Source: an uncultured Chloroflexia bacterium
GTDB taxonomy: Bacteria; Chloroflexota; Limnocylindria; Limnocylindrales; CSP1-4
Length of the DNA stretch: 64,000 nt
Reading direction: 5' to 3'
NCBI GenBank assembly: GCA_963705425.1
Contig: CAVPJO010000006.1
Location: 60,599 to 124,598 of the forward strand
Of the stretch, positions 33,395-44,529 are shown in pieces. Position numbers and translations under genes: made by a program. The notes below the pieces were generated by a model, which was not told the DNA's origin, did not search any database, and saw nothing but the letters and a program-made list of their open reading frames with translations. How positions within the stretch are numbered: the stretch's first letter is position 1; every line of letters starts with the position of its first letter.

Positions 33395-34935
33395 CTAGAG
33401 CAGCTCTCCGTGTGCCGCGCCGGTGGGCTCGCCCTCAGCCGGCCGTGGTTCCTCGCCGGGCGCGTACGCACGGGCCTCGGGGGCTTCGGGGGCTTCTCCG
33501 GAGGCGAGACTGGCCTGCGCCGGAGCCGCCTCACCTTCGATGGCGCCGACGCCGTAGGGCACCCACTTCCCAGGTGCCTGCAGCCGGTGCGCCTCCGTGT
33601 TGCCGCGGGTGTGGATCTGGGCATGACCGGCCGGCTCGATCCACATGGCATCGCCCTGGAGCAAGCCGTGCACCCCGCTCTGGCCGGGCTCGGACCGCTC
33701 GTTGCGGCAATAGGCACAGGCCCGCCGATCGTGGGGCGTGTACTCGGTGGGCTCCTCGTAGGTGGTGATGTAGCCCTCGTAGTTGCGCAGCACGACCTTG
33801 TGGTCGGAGTAGCTGATGAGGTAGTTGGGCATGACCGGGATCTTGCCGCCACCGCCGGGTGCGTCGATCACGTAGGTCGGCACTGCGTAACCGCTGGTAT
33901 GGCCGCGCAGGCCCTCGATGATCTCGAGGCCCTTGCCCACCGGGGTACGGAAGTGACCGGCACCGGCCACCAGGTCGCACTGGTAGAGGTAGTACGGCCG
34001 GATGCGGTTCTCGACCAGCTTGTGCACGAGATCGCGCTGGATGTGAACGCAGTCGTTGACGCCGGCCAGGAGCACGGATTGGTTGCCGATGGGCACACCG
34101 GTGCGGCTCAGCTGGTCGACCGCGCGCGAGACCTCGGGCGTGATCTCGTTGGGATGATTGAAGTGAAGGTTCACCCACAGCGGGTGGTACTTCTGGAGCA
34201 TCTCACAGAGAGCCTCGTCGACCCGCTGGGGCATGAAGACCGGGACACGCGTGCCCAGACGGATCGATCTCGACGTGCGGGATCTCGCGCAGACCGCGCA
34301 GCACGCGTTCGAGAAGCTTGGGCGACATGGTCAGGGGGTCGCCACCCGAGAGCAGCACATCCCGAACCTGTGGCGTGCGGCGCAGGTACTCGAGCTGCGC
34401 CTCGAAGTCCGCCGTGTTGAAGTTCTGCGTGGCGTCGCCGACGATGCGCGAGCGCGTGCAGTAACGGCAGTACGAGGCGCACTGCGTGGTCACCAGCATC
34501 AGCACTCGATCGGGATAGCGGTGCACCAGCCCCGGGACCGGGGAGTGCTCGATCCTCGCGCAGGGAATCCTCCATCATCGCCGTGAAGGCCTGCTGCTCG
34601 TCGCCGAGCGGCATCACCTGCCGGCGGATGGGATCGTTCGGATCGGTGGCATCGATGAGGCTGATGAAGTAGGGCGTGATGTCCACGCGGAACTTGTCCG
34701 GCGCGCCGAGTCCCTCGCGTTCGTTATCGGTGAGCTCGAGGATCTGGCCGAAGGTCTCGAGGTCGTTGACGCGGTTCGAGAGCTGCCATTTCCAGTCGCC
34801 CCACTGCTCGTCGGACACGTCGTCGTAGTAGGGCGCGCGGCGGCTGCGAGCGGGTTGCCCGTCGGGGCCCAGCGCCAGGGCCGGGTCGCGCGGGTTGATC
34901 CAGTTGGCTTGTTCGTTGGTGGTGACCACGGTCCC
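33395..34935 (-). pseudogene. kamA: Lysine 2,3-aminomutase (radical SAM, KamA family) with a Pro/Glu/Ala-rich C-terminal tail, 2 frameshifts
   Basis: Radical-SAM CASYCRYCTRSR (CxxxCxxC). SGGDPL. A C-terminal KamA block containing GVPIGNQSVLLAGVND and YYLYQCDLV. Shifts near 34545 and 34260. Confidence 0.7.
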
Positions 34936-35379
34936 TCCTGCGTGGTCCGCGATGATACTCCGCGCGCCGCGCGACCTCCGCTGCGCGATCGCCCGCTGCG
35001 CGACCTCGGCCCCATGGCGGCCCGGATGGTGCCCGGACGCACCGCCCCACGTGGCTCGATAGGGCCATATACCGGCGGTCCGATCGGGCGTAGTTTCCAT
35101 GGGCTGAACCCGCGTGGCCATCGAGCCCAGGTTGCGGATCCGGCGCATTCATCCCCATCCCGGATCAGCTGAATACGACCAACGGGGCTTCATCGAGCCG
35201 AGCACCTGCCCCGTGCCCCAGCCGCGGCGACGTGCCCGGGCCACCGCTTCATCATCTATCCTGCGGGGCCCCACCGGCGCTACGGAGACCCTCACCGAGG
35301 TCCTCTGCCCGCTGCGGTGGCGCATTCGCGCCGGGCCTTGTCGTCGTCATCGGCTCCTCCGCCATCGGAGAACGACCTG

Positions 35380-35649
35380 ATGGACAAGATACGAGTCGCG
35401 GTGGCCAGTGCCACCGAAGGGGTCGCCGACCTGCGACCCGTGCTGATGTTACGCTCCCTCTTCTCGCGGGCCACGGGTGCCAGCGAGAGCCAGCGTGGCC
35501 AGGGCCTCGCGGAGTACGCGCTCATCCTGGCCGGTATCGCCGTGGTCGCGATCGCCTCGCTGGTCTTCCTCGGGGGAACCATCAGCGAACTGTTCTGGGC
35601 GCCCATCAACGTGGAGTTCGCCCAGATCCTTTCCAGGCTGGGCATCTAG
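35380..35649 (+). CDS. flp: Flp family type IVb prepilin (copy 1). An alternative start exists at 35446
   Basis: GQGLAEYALILAGIAVVAIASLVFLGG is the Flp motif (G/xxxxEY plus a hydrophobic helix). GGAG sits 9 nt upstream of ATG 35380. Confidence 0.75.
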   Translation: MDKIRVAVASATEGVADLRPVLMLRSLFSRATGASESQRGQGLAEYALILAGIAVVAIASLVFLGGTISELFWAPINVEFAQILSRLGI

Positions 35650-35912
35650 CCCTCCCTGGGCTGGGCATCCAGCCAGCACCGTCCGCCACTCGCGCTGAGC
35701 GGCCGCACACCGCTGCGGCCGTCTCGTGCTGCGCTCTTCGTTGTCCTCAATCAACGCTAAGTGACCAGATGGTCGATCCGCGCTTCCAATCCACTTTTTC
35801 CGAAGGTACTGTCTGACGACCGTCCCTGCGTGGTCGCGAGACCCGGGTTGTGGGGATTCGCAGGAACCTTGTTCTTGTGGCTTGCCGTTTTGCTAGGATT
35901 CCGGTCCTCATG

Positions 35913-36305
35913 ACTTGGGAGCGACTGCGAGTACTCGGCTACATCTGCGCCTTCCTGTTGTTGGGCGCGATCATCACCGCGCTGTATGGCGCATTCCGAA
36001 CAGAGTTGGAAGCGAGCCAGTTCATCGGTTTCTTCGGTGGTGTGTTGCTGGGCGCAGTGATGGTGGGCTTCCTGCTCATCATCTTGCTCGTACCGGAACG
36101 ACGGCGAACGGGATGGGTCGAGGCCATCACGACCGTCAACGCCAAGTACCTCTTCCTCGCGCTCATCATCGTGTGGGCACTGGCGATGGGGTTCCTGGCG
36201 AGCATGAACCTCGAGGTGAATACCGTGGGCGTCCCGGCCCTGATCGGGCTCTTCGCGGGCATCTTCATCTTCATGGGCTTCATCTGGTCGGTCATCGGAG
36301 AGTAG
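35913..36305 (+). CDS. Small polytopic membrane protein located between Flp pilin genes
   Basis: 4 predicted TM helices (LGYICAFLLLGAIITALYGAF..., FIGFFGGVLLGAVMVGFLLIILLV...). Confidence 0.45.
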   Translation, partial: TWERLRVLGYICAFLLLGAIITALYGAFRTELEASQFIGFFGGVLLGAVMVGFLLIILLVPERRRTGWVEAITTVNAKYLFLALIIVWALAMGFLASMNLEVNTVGVPALIGLFAGIFIFMGFIWSVIGE

Positions 36306-36533
36306 GAGGCAGCTAGCGCCTCATCGTCACCCGAGGGCGGCGACACGGTCGAGTCGAATCCGGCCTGGTCGACGCGCGTCTCCGGCCCGGGCACCAACGC
36401 GGTGATCCGCGGTTCGAGTCCCTCGCGCGACCTTCTCCCCGTGACCGCCGACGTCTGGAACACCGGATCGGGTTCCAGCGTCGAGGTCGGATGACCTGCA
36501 TCCCACAGAGATCCAACGGAGGGCAGCCCCGCT

Positions 36534-36722
36534 TTGACAGAACTCATCCGTCAGCTGGCCGCACTGCGGCTGGCCAATGACGAGGAAGGCCAGAGCCTGG
36601 CCGAGTACGCACTCATCCTGGCGCTCATCGCCGTCGTGGCGATCATCTCGCTCATCTTCCTCGGCGACACCATCGGCAGCTTGATGTCCTACATCGGCGC
36701 CACCATCGACCAGAACACCTAG
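36534..36722 (+). CDS. flp: Flp family type IVb prepilin (copy 2), TTG start
   Basis: GQSLAEYALILALIAVVAIISLIFLG. GGAGGG sits about 11 nt upstream of the start. Confidence 0.8.
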   Translation: MTELIRQLAALRLANDEEGQSLAEYALILALIAVVAIISLIFLGDTIGSLMSYIGATIDQNT

Positions 36723-37016
36723 TTCACACCAGAACGGGACAGATCACACATATCTCGCCAGGGACTGGTGCGCCAGCACCACCGAAGGTCCGGTTCCGGC
36801 ACCCCCAAGAGGTGCCATGGAAAGTCCTCAGGGCCAGCATCATCATTCTCGGCACTGAGGACGTGACCACTGGCCTGCCGGCCGTCCCTAGTGAACAGTC
36901 AGCGGCGGGGCTGTACCATCCGCCGAGCACGGAAGCCAAGTCGGCTGCCGAGCGTATTCATCCATCACCGGCGAACCGCTCAACGGAACGCCAATCACTC
37001 TAGGAGGACCATCACA

Positions 37017-37172
37017 ATGGTCGACTTCCTGCTTCGCCGCGACGAGGATGGCCAGGGCCTGGCCGAGTACGCGCTGATCCTGGCGCTTATCGCCATCATC
37101 GCGATCGCCGCCCTCATCTTCCTGGGTGGCGAGATCTCCGAGATCCTCTCGACGATCGGCGCCCAGATCTAA
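37017..37172 (+). CDS. flp: Flp family type IVb prepilin (copy 3)
   Basis: GQGLAEYALILALIAIIAIAALIFLGG. AGGAGG sits 9 nt upstream of ATG 37017. A terminator follows directly. Confidence 0.85.
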   Translation: MVDFLLRRDEDGQGLAEYALILALIAIIAIAALIFLGGEISEILSTIGAQI

Positions 37173-37200
37173 AGGCGCTGCTCTTCAAGAGCACACGAAC

Positions 37201-37234
37201 GGCCCGTCCCTTCCGGGGGGCGGGCCGTTTCTTC
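37201..37234 (+). terminator. Rho-independent terminator after flp copy 3
   Basis: GGCCCGTCCC-ttccgg-GGGGCGGGCC stem (10 bp, one G.U pair) followed by TTTCTTC. Confidence 0.5.
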
Positions 37235-37305
37235 ATGTCCGCGACCTCACCTGACACCGGTCCCTGAGCGCGACGGACCGCGCCAGCCACCTATCATCAG
37301 CGCGA

Positions 37306-38080
37306 ATGCCAGCCTCTACCCGCGATCCCCAGCCCCAGTCACGAGCCACCCCTGCGGGCTGGCGGGCGGGCGCCCCTGACTACGTCGGTGTCGGCACCGC
37401 ACGTTCGGGCACGAGCTGGTGGGACAGCCTCATCAACTCACACCCCTGCGTGAGCCGTCTGCCCGAGACGCCCAAGGAGGTCCACTTCTTCGATGCGCTC
37501 TGGGCGTCAGACCTGAGCACCGCGGAGATCGAGCGCTACCATGCCAACTTCGCCCGCCCCGAAGGCCACCTCTGCGGCGAGTGGACCCCCGGCTACATGC
37601 TTGACGTGTGGACGCCGGCCCTGCTCAGGCAAGCCGCGCCCGATACCCGTCTGCTGGTCCTGCTACGCGACCCCGTGGAACGCTTCCGCTCCGGGCGGAC
37701 ACTGGCCGAGAACCGCTTCACGGTCGGCTCCACGGCACGGGCCGCCGCCAATGCCGCCTTCAATCGGGGCATCTATGCCGACCAGCTGCTGCGCCTCTTC
37801 GCGGCGTTTCCGCGCGAGCACGTGCTGGTGCTCCAGTACGAACGGTGCGTGGCCGAGCCCCGCACCCAGCTCGAGCGTACCTACGCCTTCATCGGGCTCG
37901 AGCCGGAGATACCCACCTGGCATCGACCCCGGCGCACGTGTCAATGAGTCGCCTGGCCCCAAGGTCGTGCTCAGCGAGTGGCAGGAAGACCAGCTGGTGC
38001 GCCGCTACGCACCCGAGAACGAACGGCTGGCAGCGCTGCTGCCGGAGTTCGACATCTCCCTGTGGCAGGCACCGCGATGA
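37306..38080 (+). CDS. Sulfotransferase family protein (PAPS-dependent, Stf-like), one frameshift near 37905
   Basis: 5'-PSB motif GTARSGTSWW and 3'-PB motif LLRDPVERFRS. The C-terminal 55 aa lie in another frame ending at 38080. Confidence 0.7.
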
Positions 38081-38924
38081 CCCTCAAGGCGGGGCTGCGT
38101 CGCCTGGCGGTGCGGGGCTCGCGCGCCTGGTATCGCTGGCGCGGCCCGCGACAACCGGGTCCGCCGGAGCCACCGGCCATCCCCGACGGCTGGCAGCGCG
38201 GGTCCACCCCACTACGTCGGCGTCGGCGCCCAGAAGGCCGGTACCTCGTGGTGGAACCGCCTCATCGAGGCTCATCCCGACGTCGTCAACGCGGGCGGCC
38301 AGCCCAAGGAGCTGCACTTCTTCGATCGTGCCTGGGAGACGCCCTTCGGTGCTGATGACGCGCGGCGCTATCAGCGCTACTTCCCCGTGCCGGAGGGCAA
38401 GGTCGCGGGCGAGTGGACGCCCGGCTACCTCATCGACTTCTGGACGCCCGAGCTCATCGCCCGGGCGGCACCCGAGGCCCGCATCCTCGTGCTGCTGCGT
38501 GACCCGCTGGAGCGCTTCCGCTCGGGGCTGACCCACCAGCTGGCTACCTCGCGTCAGCCGCTCGGCCACCGCGACATCCAGGGCGCCTTCCAGCGCGGGC
38601 TCTATGCGCCGCAGCTGCGGCGCGTGCTCGCGGCCTTCCCGCCCGAGCGCGTCTGGGTCGGCCAGTACGAGGCCTGCCGGGCCGACCCCGCGACGCAGCT
38701 GGCGCGCACGTACAGCTTCCTCGGCCTGGCCCCGCTTCGAGCTCAAGGACGATGCCTTCCGTGGCGAGGTCAACCCCACCACGCAGCAGAAGTTCGAGCC
38801 CTCGCCGTCGCTGCGGGCGTCGCTGCTCGAGGGCTATGCCAGGGACATGGCCCAGCTCCCGGAGCTGGTGCCTGGGCTCGATCTGTCGCTGTGGCCGAGC
38901 GCCGGCGAGGTCGGCCTGGGCTGA
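38077..38924 (+). pseudogene. Sulfotransferase family protein, tandem paralog of the preceding gene, 2 frameshifts
   Basis: After a shift near 38213 the frame reads GAQKAGTSWWNRL ... LLRDPLERFRS, the same two motifs as the paralog. Second shift near 38735. Ends at 38924. Confidence 0.65.
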
Positions 38925-38931
38925 GTGAGGC

Positions 38932-39618
38932 CTAGTAGCCGAACGTGAGCAGGATCGACTCCCAGTTGATCCACAGGTCCCAGGTGCCGGCGCCGATGAG
39001 CAGCACGCCGGAGATGATCTCGATCTTGCGGTGGTGGCGAGCCAGGAAGCGCACGACCGAGTCCTGTCGCGTCCGGGCCAGCACCGAGAGCAGCACCAGC
39101 GGCAGCCCGAATCCGAGGGCGAAGACGACGAAGGTGGCTACGGTCCCGACGGTCTCGGCAGCGCCCACCGAGATGGCCAGCGTGGCGATGAGGAAGGGTC
39201 CCGCACAGGGCAGCGCGATGGGGCCCAGGAAGACGCCGTACAGGTAGGCCTGGGAGAGAGGCCCGCTGGCGCCCGGGACCTTGACCGTCGGCGCTTTGAG
39301 GAACGGATTGATGCCGGCCAGCAGCAGCACGCCCAGCGTCACCAGCAGCAGGTCGATGATGGGGATGGCAAAGCCCAGCAGCGCGCCGATGGGAGCTGAG
39401 AGGGCGACCACGATGAGGCCGATGACGACCATCGAGGTGATGAGCCCGGCCAGCACCGCGAGGCCCAGGAAGCCGGAGATGCGGCGAGCCTTGCTGGTGC
39501 CCGCCTCGGCGCCGGTGGCGCCGGTCAGGTAGGCCAGGAATGCCGGGTACAGCGGCAGCAGGCAAGGACTCGCGGCCGAGGCGAGGCCGAGCGTGAACGT
39601 CGCGAGCAGTGCTTCCAT
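38932..39618 (-). CDS. ccdA: Cytochrome c-type biogenesis/thiol-disulfide transporter CcdA (DsbD_2 family)
   Basis: LASAASPCLLPLYPAFLAYLTG with a conserved Cys near helix 1 and a second Cys (ALPCAGPFL). 6 TM helices. Confidence 0.75.
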   Translation of the reverse strand: MEALLATFTLGLASAASPCLLPLYPAFLAYLTGATGAEAGTSKARRISGFLGLAVLAGLITSMVVIGLIVVALSAPIGALLGFAIPIIDLLLVTLGVLLLAGINPFLKAPTVKVPGASGPLSQAYLYGVFLGPIALPCAGPFLIATLAISVGAAETVGTVATFVVFALGFGLPLVLLSVLARTRQDSVVRFLARHHRKIEIISGVLLIGAGTWDLWINWESILLTFGY

Positions 39619-39699
39619 GGGCGGGCAGCCTAGGCATCGCACGGTGACGTGTTCGTGACGCGCATCACACGCGCATCGCGTTCGGTGACGTTCCTGTGA

Positions 39700-40972
39700 C
39701 TACCAGTCGAGCCAGTCGGCTGAGGCCTTCTTCATGGACAGCAGCAGGCGTCGGCCCTCACCCTTCGAGGGGTCGAGGAGGTTGGGCTGGCTGGTGCCGT
39801 GGATGATGTAGGGCCGCAGCCGAAGCTCCATGAGCCGGCCGCCGTGGAAGGTCGCCTCCAGCAGGGCCGACTCCATCGTGTTGGTAGACCAGTGCTGGTC
39901 GAAGATGAGGTTGCCCAGCGAGTACAGCACCGGCGTGCCGTCGATGTCCTCGATGGCGCCGGCCACGTGGCTGTGCCCACCGAGGACGAGGTCGGCCCCG
40001 GCCTTGACCCAGCGCTGCGGCATGGGCTGCGCATCCGGCAGCGGCTGGCGGGTGTACTCGACGCCCCAGTGCGGGAAGACGATGACGACGTCGGCCCGTT
40101 GCGCGTGGCCTTCCTGATGTCGGGCACGAGGTAGCGATCGAGGCAGGGCGTGGCACCTGCCGCCGGTCTCGGCAGCCCAGTAGGCCTTCACGAAGCCGAG
40201 GCAGGGGATGATGGCCAGGCGTGTCTCCCCGGCCTCGAGGTAGCTGACCTTGCGGGCCTGCTCGAGGTCCTTGCCGGCGCCGCCGAAGGCGATGCCGTTC
40301 TGGCGCAGGATGCGGCGCGTGTCCGTGATGCCGTCGGCTGCCGTAGTCGCCGATGTGGTTGTTGGCCAGCGAGAGCCAGTCGATGCCGGCGCGCGTGAAG
40401 ATCCTGGTCAGCTCCGGCTTGCCCGCGAAGCGCGTCCCGCTGCGGTGGAACGACGGCCGACTCGGTGACCGGCTGCTCGTGGTTGGCGATGGCCAGCTCG
40501 GCATCCTTGAAGAGCTTGCGCACCGCGCCCTTGTTCCCGGTGAGCACGTAGCGCGGCACGAGGTTGTCGTTGAAGACCGGGTCGCAGCAACCGTGGCCGG
40601 TGACCCGCGCGGTGCCGCCGTCGAAGGGGTAGTCCACGCCCTTGCCCTTGCGCACGACGGTGTCGTAGACGCCGCGGTCGGTGAAGGAGTCACCGCCCGC
40701 CACGAGCACCCACGTCCGGCGCCTGCTCCCAGACCTCGTTCTCGGGCAGCTGCCAGCGTCGACACGCTAAGGGCCAGTCCGCGATGTCCTTGACACGATC
40801 GTTGCCGATCAGCGAGACGCCGTCGACCTGGAGGCATGCGCATCGAGGGCGCACGTCGGTGGCGGCGACCAGGCCCAGTGCGCCCTTGCTCACGGCCTTC
40901 GGCCAGCCTGCCGAGGTCGCCGCGCCGCACGTCGGCATGGATCTCGATGTCCGAGCGCGTCGGCCAGCGCAT
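39700..40972 (-). pseudogene. CapA/PGA_cap family metallophosphatase-fold protein (poly-gamma-glutamate synthesis type). Multiple frameshifts. Related fragments and an N-terminal TM segment extend upstream to about 41480
   Basis: VLVAGGDSFTDRG ... AIANHE / WLSLANNHIGDYG / GGHSHVAGAIE...VLYSLGNLIFDQ blocks are distributed over three frames. Confidence 0.5.
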
Positions 40973-41548
40973 CGGCGATGCCCTCCTCGACGACGATCCG
41001 CCGGAAGCCCTGCCGCTCCGCCCGTCTCGAGCGCGCGCGCATGATCGCGCCTGGCTCGAGGCCCTCCTGCTTGGACCAGAAGCCGGCCACGGGCACGACC
41101 GGCATCGGCCGACTCCGACCCGCGCGTATGCCCGCTGCTCGGAGAGGCCCGCCTCAGCATCGGGGGATGGCGCGACAGGACGCGAAGACGGTGCCTCGCT
41201 CGCTGCGGGGCTGTAGCCAGGACTCGGAGCACGGATCCGTCTCGGCCAGCGCCAGCAGGATGCGTGGCGCGTCGGCCGCGGCCGGTGCGCCGGTCCCTGG
41301 TGATGTCATCGGGGCTGCCGGCAGCGACGGAGGGGGTGGCTGCGTCGGCGCCTCCTGGCCCTGCGCGTCGAGACGGCCACGGCGAAGCCGAACATCGCGA
41401 AGAGGAAGACCGCACCAGGGCGATGACCAGGATCTTCGACCGCAGTTCGGCGCGGCGCGGGTCGGTCGGAGCGTCGCTCATTCGGGCTCGTCGTCTCCGC
41501 TGTCGGCGGGCACGGCAACATCGCTGACGGATCGGCGAAGCCGGGACT

Positions 41549-41625
41549 TGGCGGACCCGACCGGATTCGAACCGGCGATCTCCAGCGTGACAGGCTGGCA
41601 TGTTAGGCCGCTACACCACGGGTCC
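41549..41625 (-). tRNA. tRNA-Asp: tRNA-Asp (anticodon GTC), CCA encoded
   Basis: GGACCCGTGGTGTAGCGGCCTAACATGCCAGCCTGTCACGCTGGAGATCGCCGGTTCGAATCCGGTCGGGTCCGCCA. 7-bp acceptor stem, anticodon loop CTGTCAC, T-loop GGTTCGAATCC. Confidence 0.9.
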
Positions 41626-41698
41626 TGCGGAATCGGGACTGTAGCAGAGAGTGGCCGAACACGCCGCGCCAGCGGCGCGTCGCTATGCTCGCTGCACC

Positions 41699-42760
41699 AT
41701 GCCCGACCTCATCGACCTGCGCTCCGACACCGTCACCAAGCCCACCCCGGCGATGCGCCGGGCCATGGCGGAGGCCGAGGTCGGCGACGATGTCTTCGGC
41801 GACGACCCCACCGTCATCGCGCTCCAGGAGCGTGCCGCCGAGCTGACCGGCAAGGAGGCCGGCCTGTTCGTCGCCAGCGGCACGATGGGCAACCTCGTGT
41901 CGCACATGGCCCACGTTGCCCGCGGCGGCGAGATCGTGGCCCGCAGGGGCGCACATCATCGTCGAGACGAGGCCGGGTGGACACGCGGTCATCAGCGGCG
42001 CCACCGTCCGGCCGGTGCCGGCCGGCCCCGACGGCACCATGGACCTCGCGGCCATCCGCGCGGCGATGCGCGACCCCGACGACCTCCACCAGCCACCGAC
42101 GGCGCTGGTCGATGCTCGAGAACACGCACGCGCCTTCGATGGGCCAGCCGCTGACGGCCGCGTACACCGCGTCGGTCGCCGCGGTCGCCCACGAGCATCG
42201 GCGTGCCACTCCACGTCGACGGGGCACGCCTGTTGAACGCGGTGGTGGCTCTCGGGCACTCCGGCCCACGAGCTGCTGGCCGACGCCGACAGCGCCACCT
42301 TCTGCCTCTCCAAGGGACTGGCCTGCCCGGTCGGCTCGGTCGTCGTCGGCAGCAGCCGACTTCATCGAGCGCGCGCGCCGGGCCCGCAAGCTGGTCGGCG
42401 GCGGCATGCGCCAGGTCGGCGTGCTGGCGGCGCCCGGCCTGGTGGCCTTGAGGATGGGCCCGGAGGGCATGATCGAGCGCCTCGCCGAGGATCATGCCAA
42501 CGCGCGCCGGCTCGGCCGATGGGCCTGGCGGAGCTGGACGGCATCACCGAGCTCGACCCGGCTCGGGTCACCACCAACTACGTCGTCTTCGGGGTGCGCC
42601 CGCGACCGGGCCAGGACGCGCTCGAGGCACGAGCCGACGTTCATGACCGAGACGCGCCAGCGCGGCGTGGCCTACATCGAGTACAGCCGACGGCCACGTC
42701 CGCGCCCTGACGCACTACGGCATCGAAGCGGCCGACATCGAGCGAGACGCTGCTGGCCAC
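41699..42760 (+). pseudogene. ltaE: Low-specificity L-threonine aldolase (LtaE family, PLP-dependent), at least 6 frameshifts
   Basis: [39 protein letters not shown]...[11 protein letters not shown] in the first frame. Later family blocks ([55 protein letters not shown]) lie in other frames. Confidence 0.65.
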
Positions 42761-42838
42761 AAGGCGAGGCGCTGCGGGCAGCCGGGCTCTCGGCCGTCAG
42801 CGGCCTGAGCGATCCGACGGAGGGGGACGAGCAGGACC

Positions 42839-44490
42839 ATGGAGACTGCACGCACAGCCGACGACATCGCGGCTCGAGGCACTCATCCAGTCGCGCTTCG
42901 ATGCCTGCGTCGAGACCTGGCCGAGCCACGCCACCCGCCTCGGCATCCACGCCCACGACGGTCGGCTGGCCGACCTGACCCGCGCGACCAAGGAGGCCGA
43001 CATCGCCGCCGAGCGCACGCTTCGTCGGCGGAGCTCGAGGCCATCGACCTGGCCGTGCTCAGCGAGCCCGTAGCGCTTCGAGCGGGAGCTGGCCCTCCAC
43101 GGCGCCCGACTGCGGCACTTCGAGGCGGAGGTCATCCGCGGCTGGGAGCGTCGCGCCTCGGCGGTCGACGAGATCGGCGACGCACTGTTCCTGCTGCCGG
43201 CGCGCGACTTCGCACCGCTCGACGAGCGTCTGCTCTCGCTGACGCGCGCATCGAGGCCATCCCCGCCGCGCTGCAGCAGGTCCGCGACCGTCTCGGCGAC
43301 GAGCCGGTGCGCCTCTGGAAGGAGCTGGAGGCGGTAGCCGCGGGCGAGCTGCCGCTGCTCGTCCAGGAGATCGTCGACCGCGCCACAACGGCACTGGCCG
43401 GCCGGGCAGCCCCGAGCTGCACCGCCTGCGACACGGCGGCGCAGGCCGCCGAAGCCGCGCTCTTCGACTACGCCGCCTGGATCGAGGGTCAGCTCGACCG
43501 CTGTGGCGAGCGCGTTCGCCCTCGGGCGCGACGAGCTCGACGCAGCTCATCGGCCTGCGCGCGCTTCGACGGCCTCGACAGGACGACATCCTGGCCATCG
43601 GCTAGGAGCAGCTCGAGGCCATGCATCGAGGCCCGCCGCGAGGCCGGGCGGGCCATCGACCCCGGCCTCAGCGAGAGCGACGTGGTCGACCGCGTCAAGG
43701 CCGATGGGCCGGCCGACTTCGAGGCCGCCCTGGCCGGCTACCGCGACGCGATGCTGCGCGCCCGCGGCTTCATCGCGGAGCACGACCTGGCGACCCTGCC
43801 CGCGACGACATCATCGAGGTGCTGCCCACGCCCGTGCACATGCGCAGCCTGCTCCCGTTGGCGGCCTACTTCGAGCCGGCCGCGTTCGACCGGCCCATCC
43901 GGGGCGTCTACATCGTCACGCCCTCGGTCGACGGCGACCCGCGCGCGATGCTGCGAGCACAACTGGTCATCCATCGTGAACACCAGCGTCCACGAGGCCT
44001 ACCCCGGCCACCACCTGCAGTTCTCGGCCGCGCTGGCCACGCCGACACCGGCTCGCCTGCTCACGGAGGCGCCGGAGTTCCACGAGGGCTGGGCGCATGT
44101 ACTGCGAGCAGATGATGCTCGAGCAGGGCTTCGAGGACACGCCCGCGCGGCGCGTCATCGTGGCCACCGACGCCATCTGGCGAGCCGCCCGCATCGTCCT
44201 CGACATCCGCCTCCATCGCGGCGAGATCGGCGTCGACGAGGCCGTCGACTTCCTGGTCGAGCACACCCGCTTCGAGCGCGCCGGTGGCCAAGGCAGAGGT
44301 GCACCGCTACACGCAGACGCCCGGCTACAACCTCTCCTACCTGCTGGGCAAGGTGCTCCTGCTGCGCTTGCGCGACGATGAGCGGGCCCGCCTTGGCGCG
44401 GCCTTCTCGCTGCAAGGGCTTCCACGATGCCCTGCTCTATTCGGGCAGCCTGCCCGTCTCGTTCCACCGCCGACTGCTGGCCGGCGAGGG
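42839..44490 (+). pseudogene. DUF885-family protein (zincin-like), many frameshifts
   Basis: Blocks NTSVHEAYPGHHLQFS, GWAHYCEQMMLEQG, RIVLDIRLHRGEIGVDEAVDFLVEHTRFER, YTQTPGYNLSYLLGKVLLLRLRD and GFHDALLYSGSLPVSFHRRLL are found across three frames. Confidence 0.45.
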
Positions 44491-44529
44491 CGGCGGGCCG
44501 ACGCCAGCCCGGAGTCCGGCAGCGGCCGC

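Noticed and set aside
35150-39700. Tad secretion machinery (CpaF/TadA ATPase, prepilin peptidase) near the Flp genes
   Set aside because: No Walker-A secretion ATPase or peptidase-A24 motifs were found within this stretch. The neighbours are KamA, sulfotransferases, CcdA and CapA.
40978-42978. 666-aa plus-strand ORF
   Set aside because: Out-of-frame read-through across the tRNA-Asp and threonine aldolase region. Arg/Pro-rich composition and no motifs.
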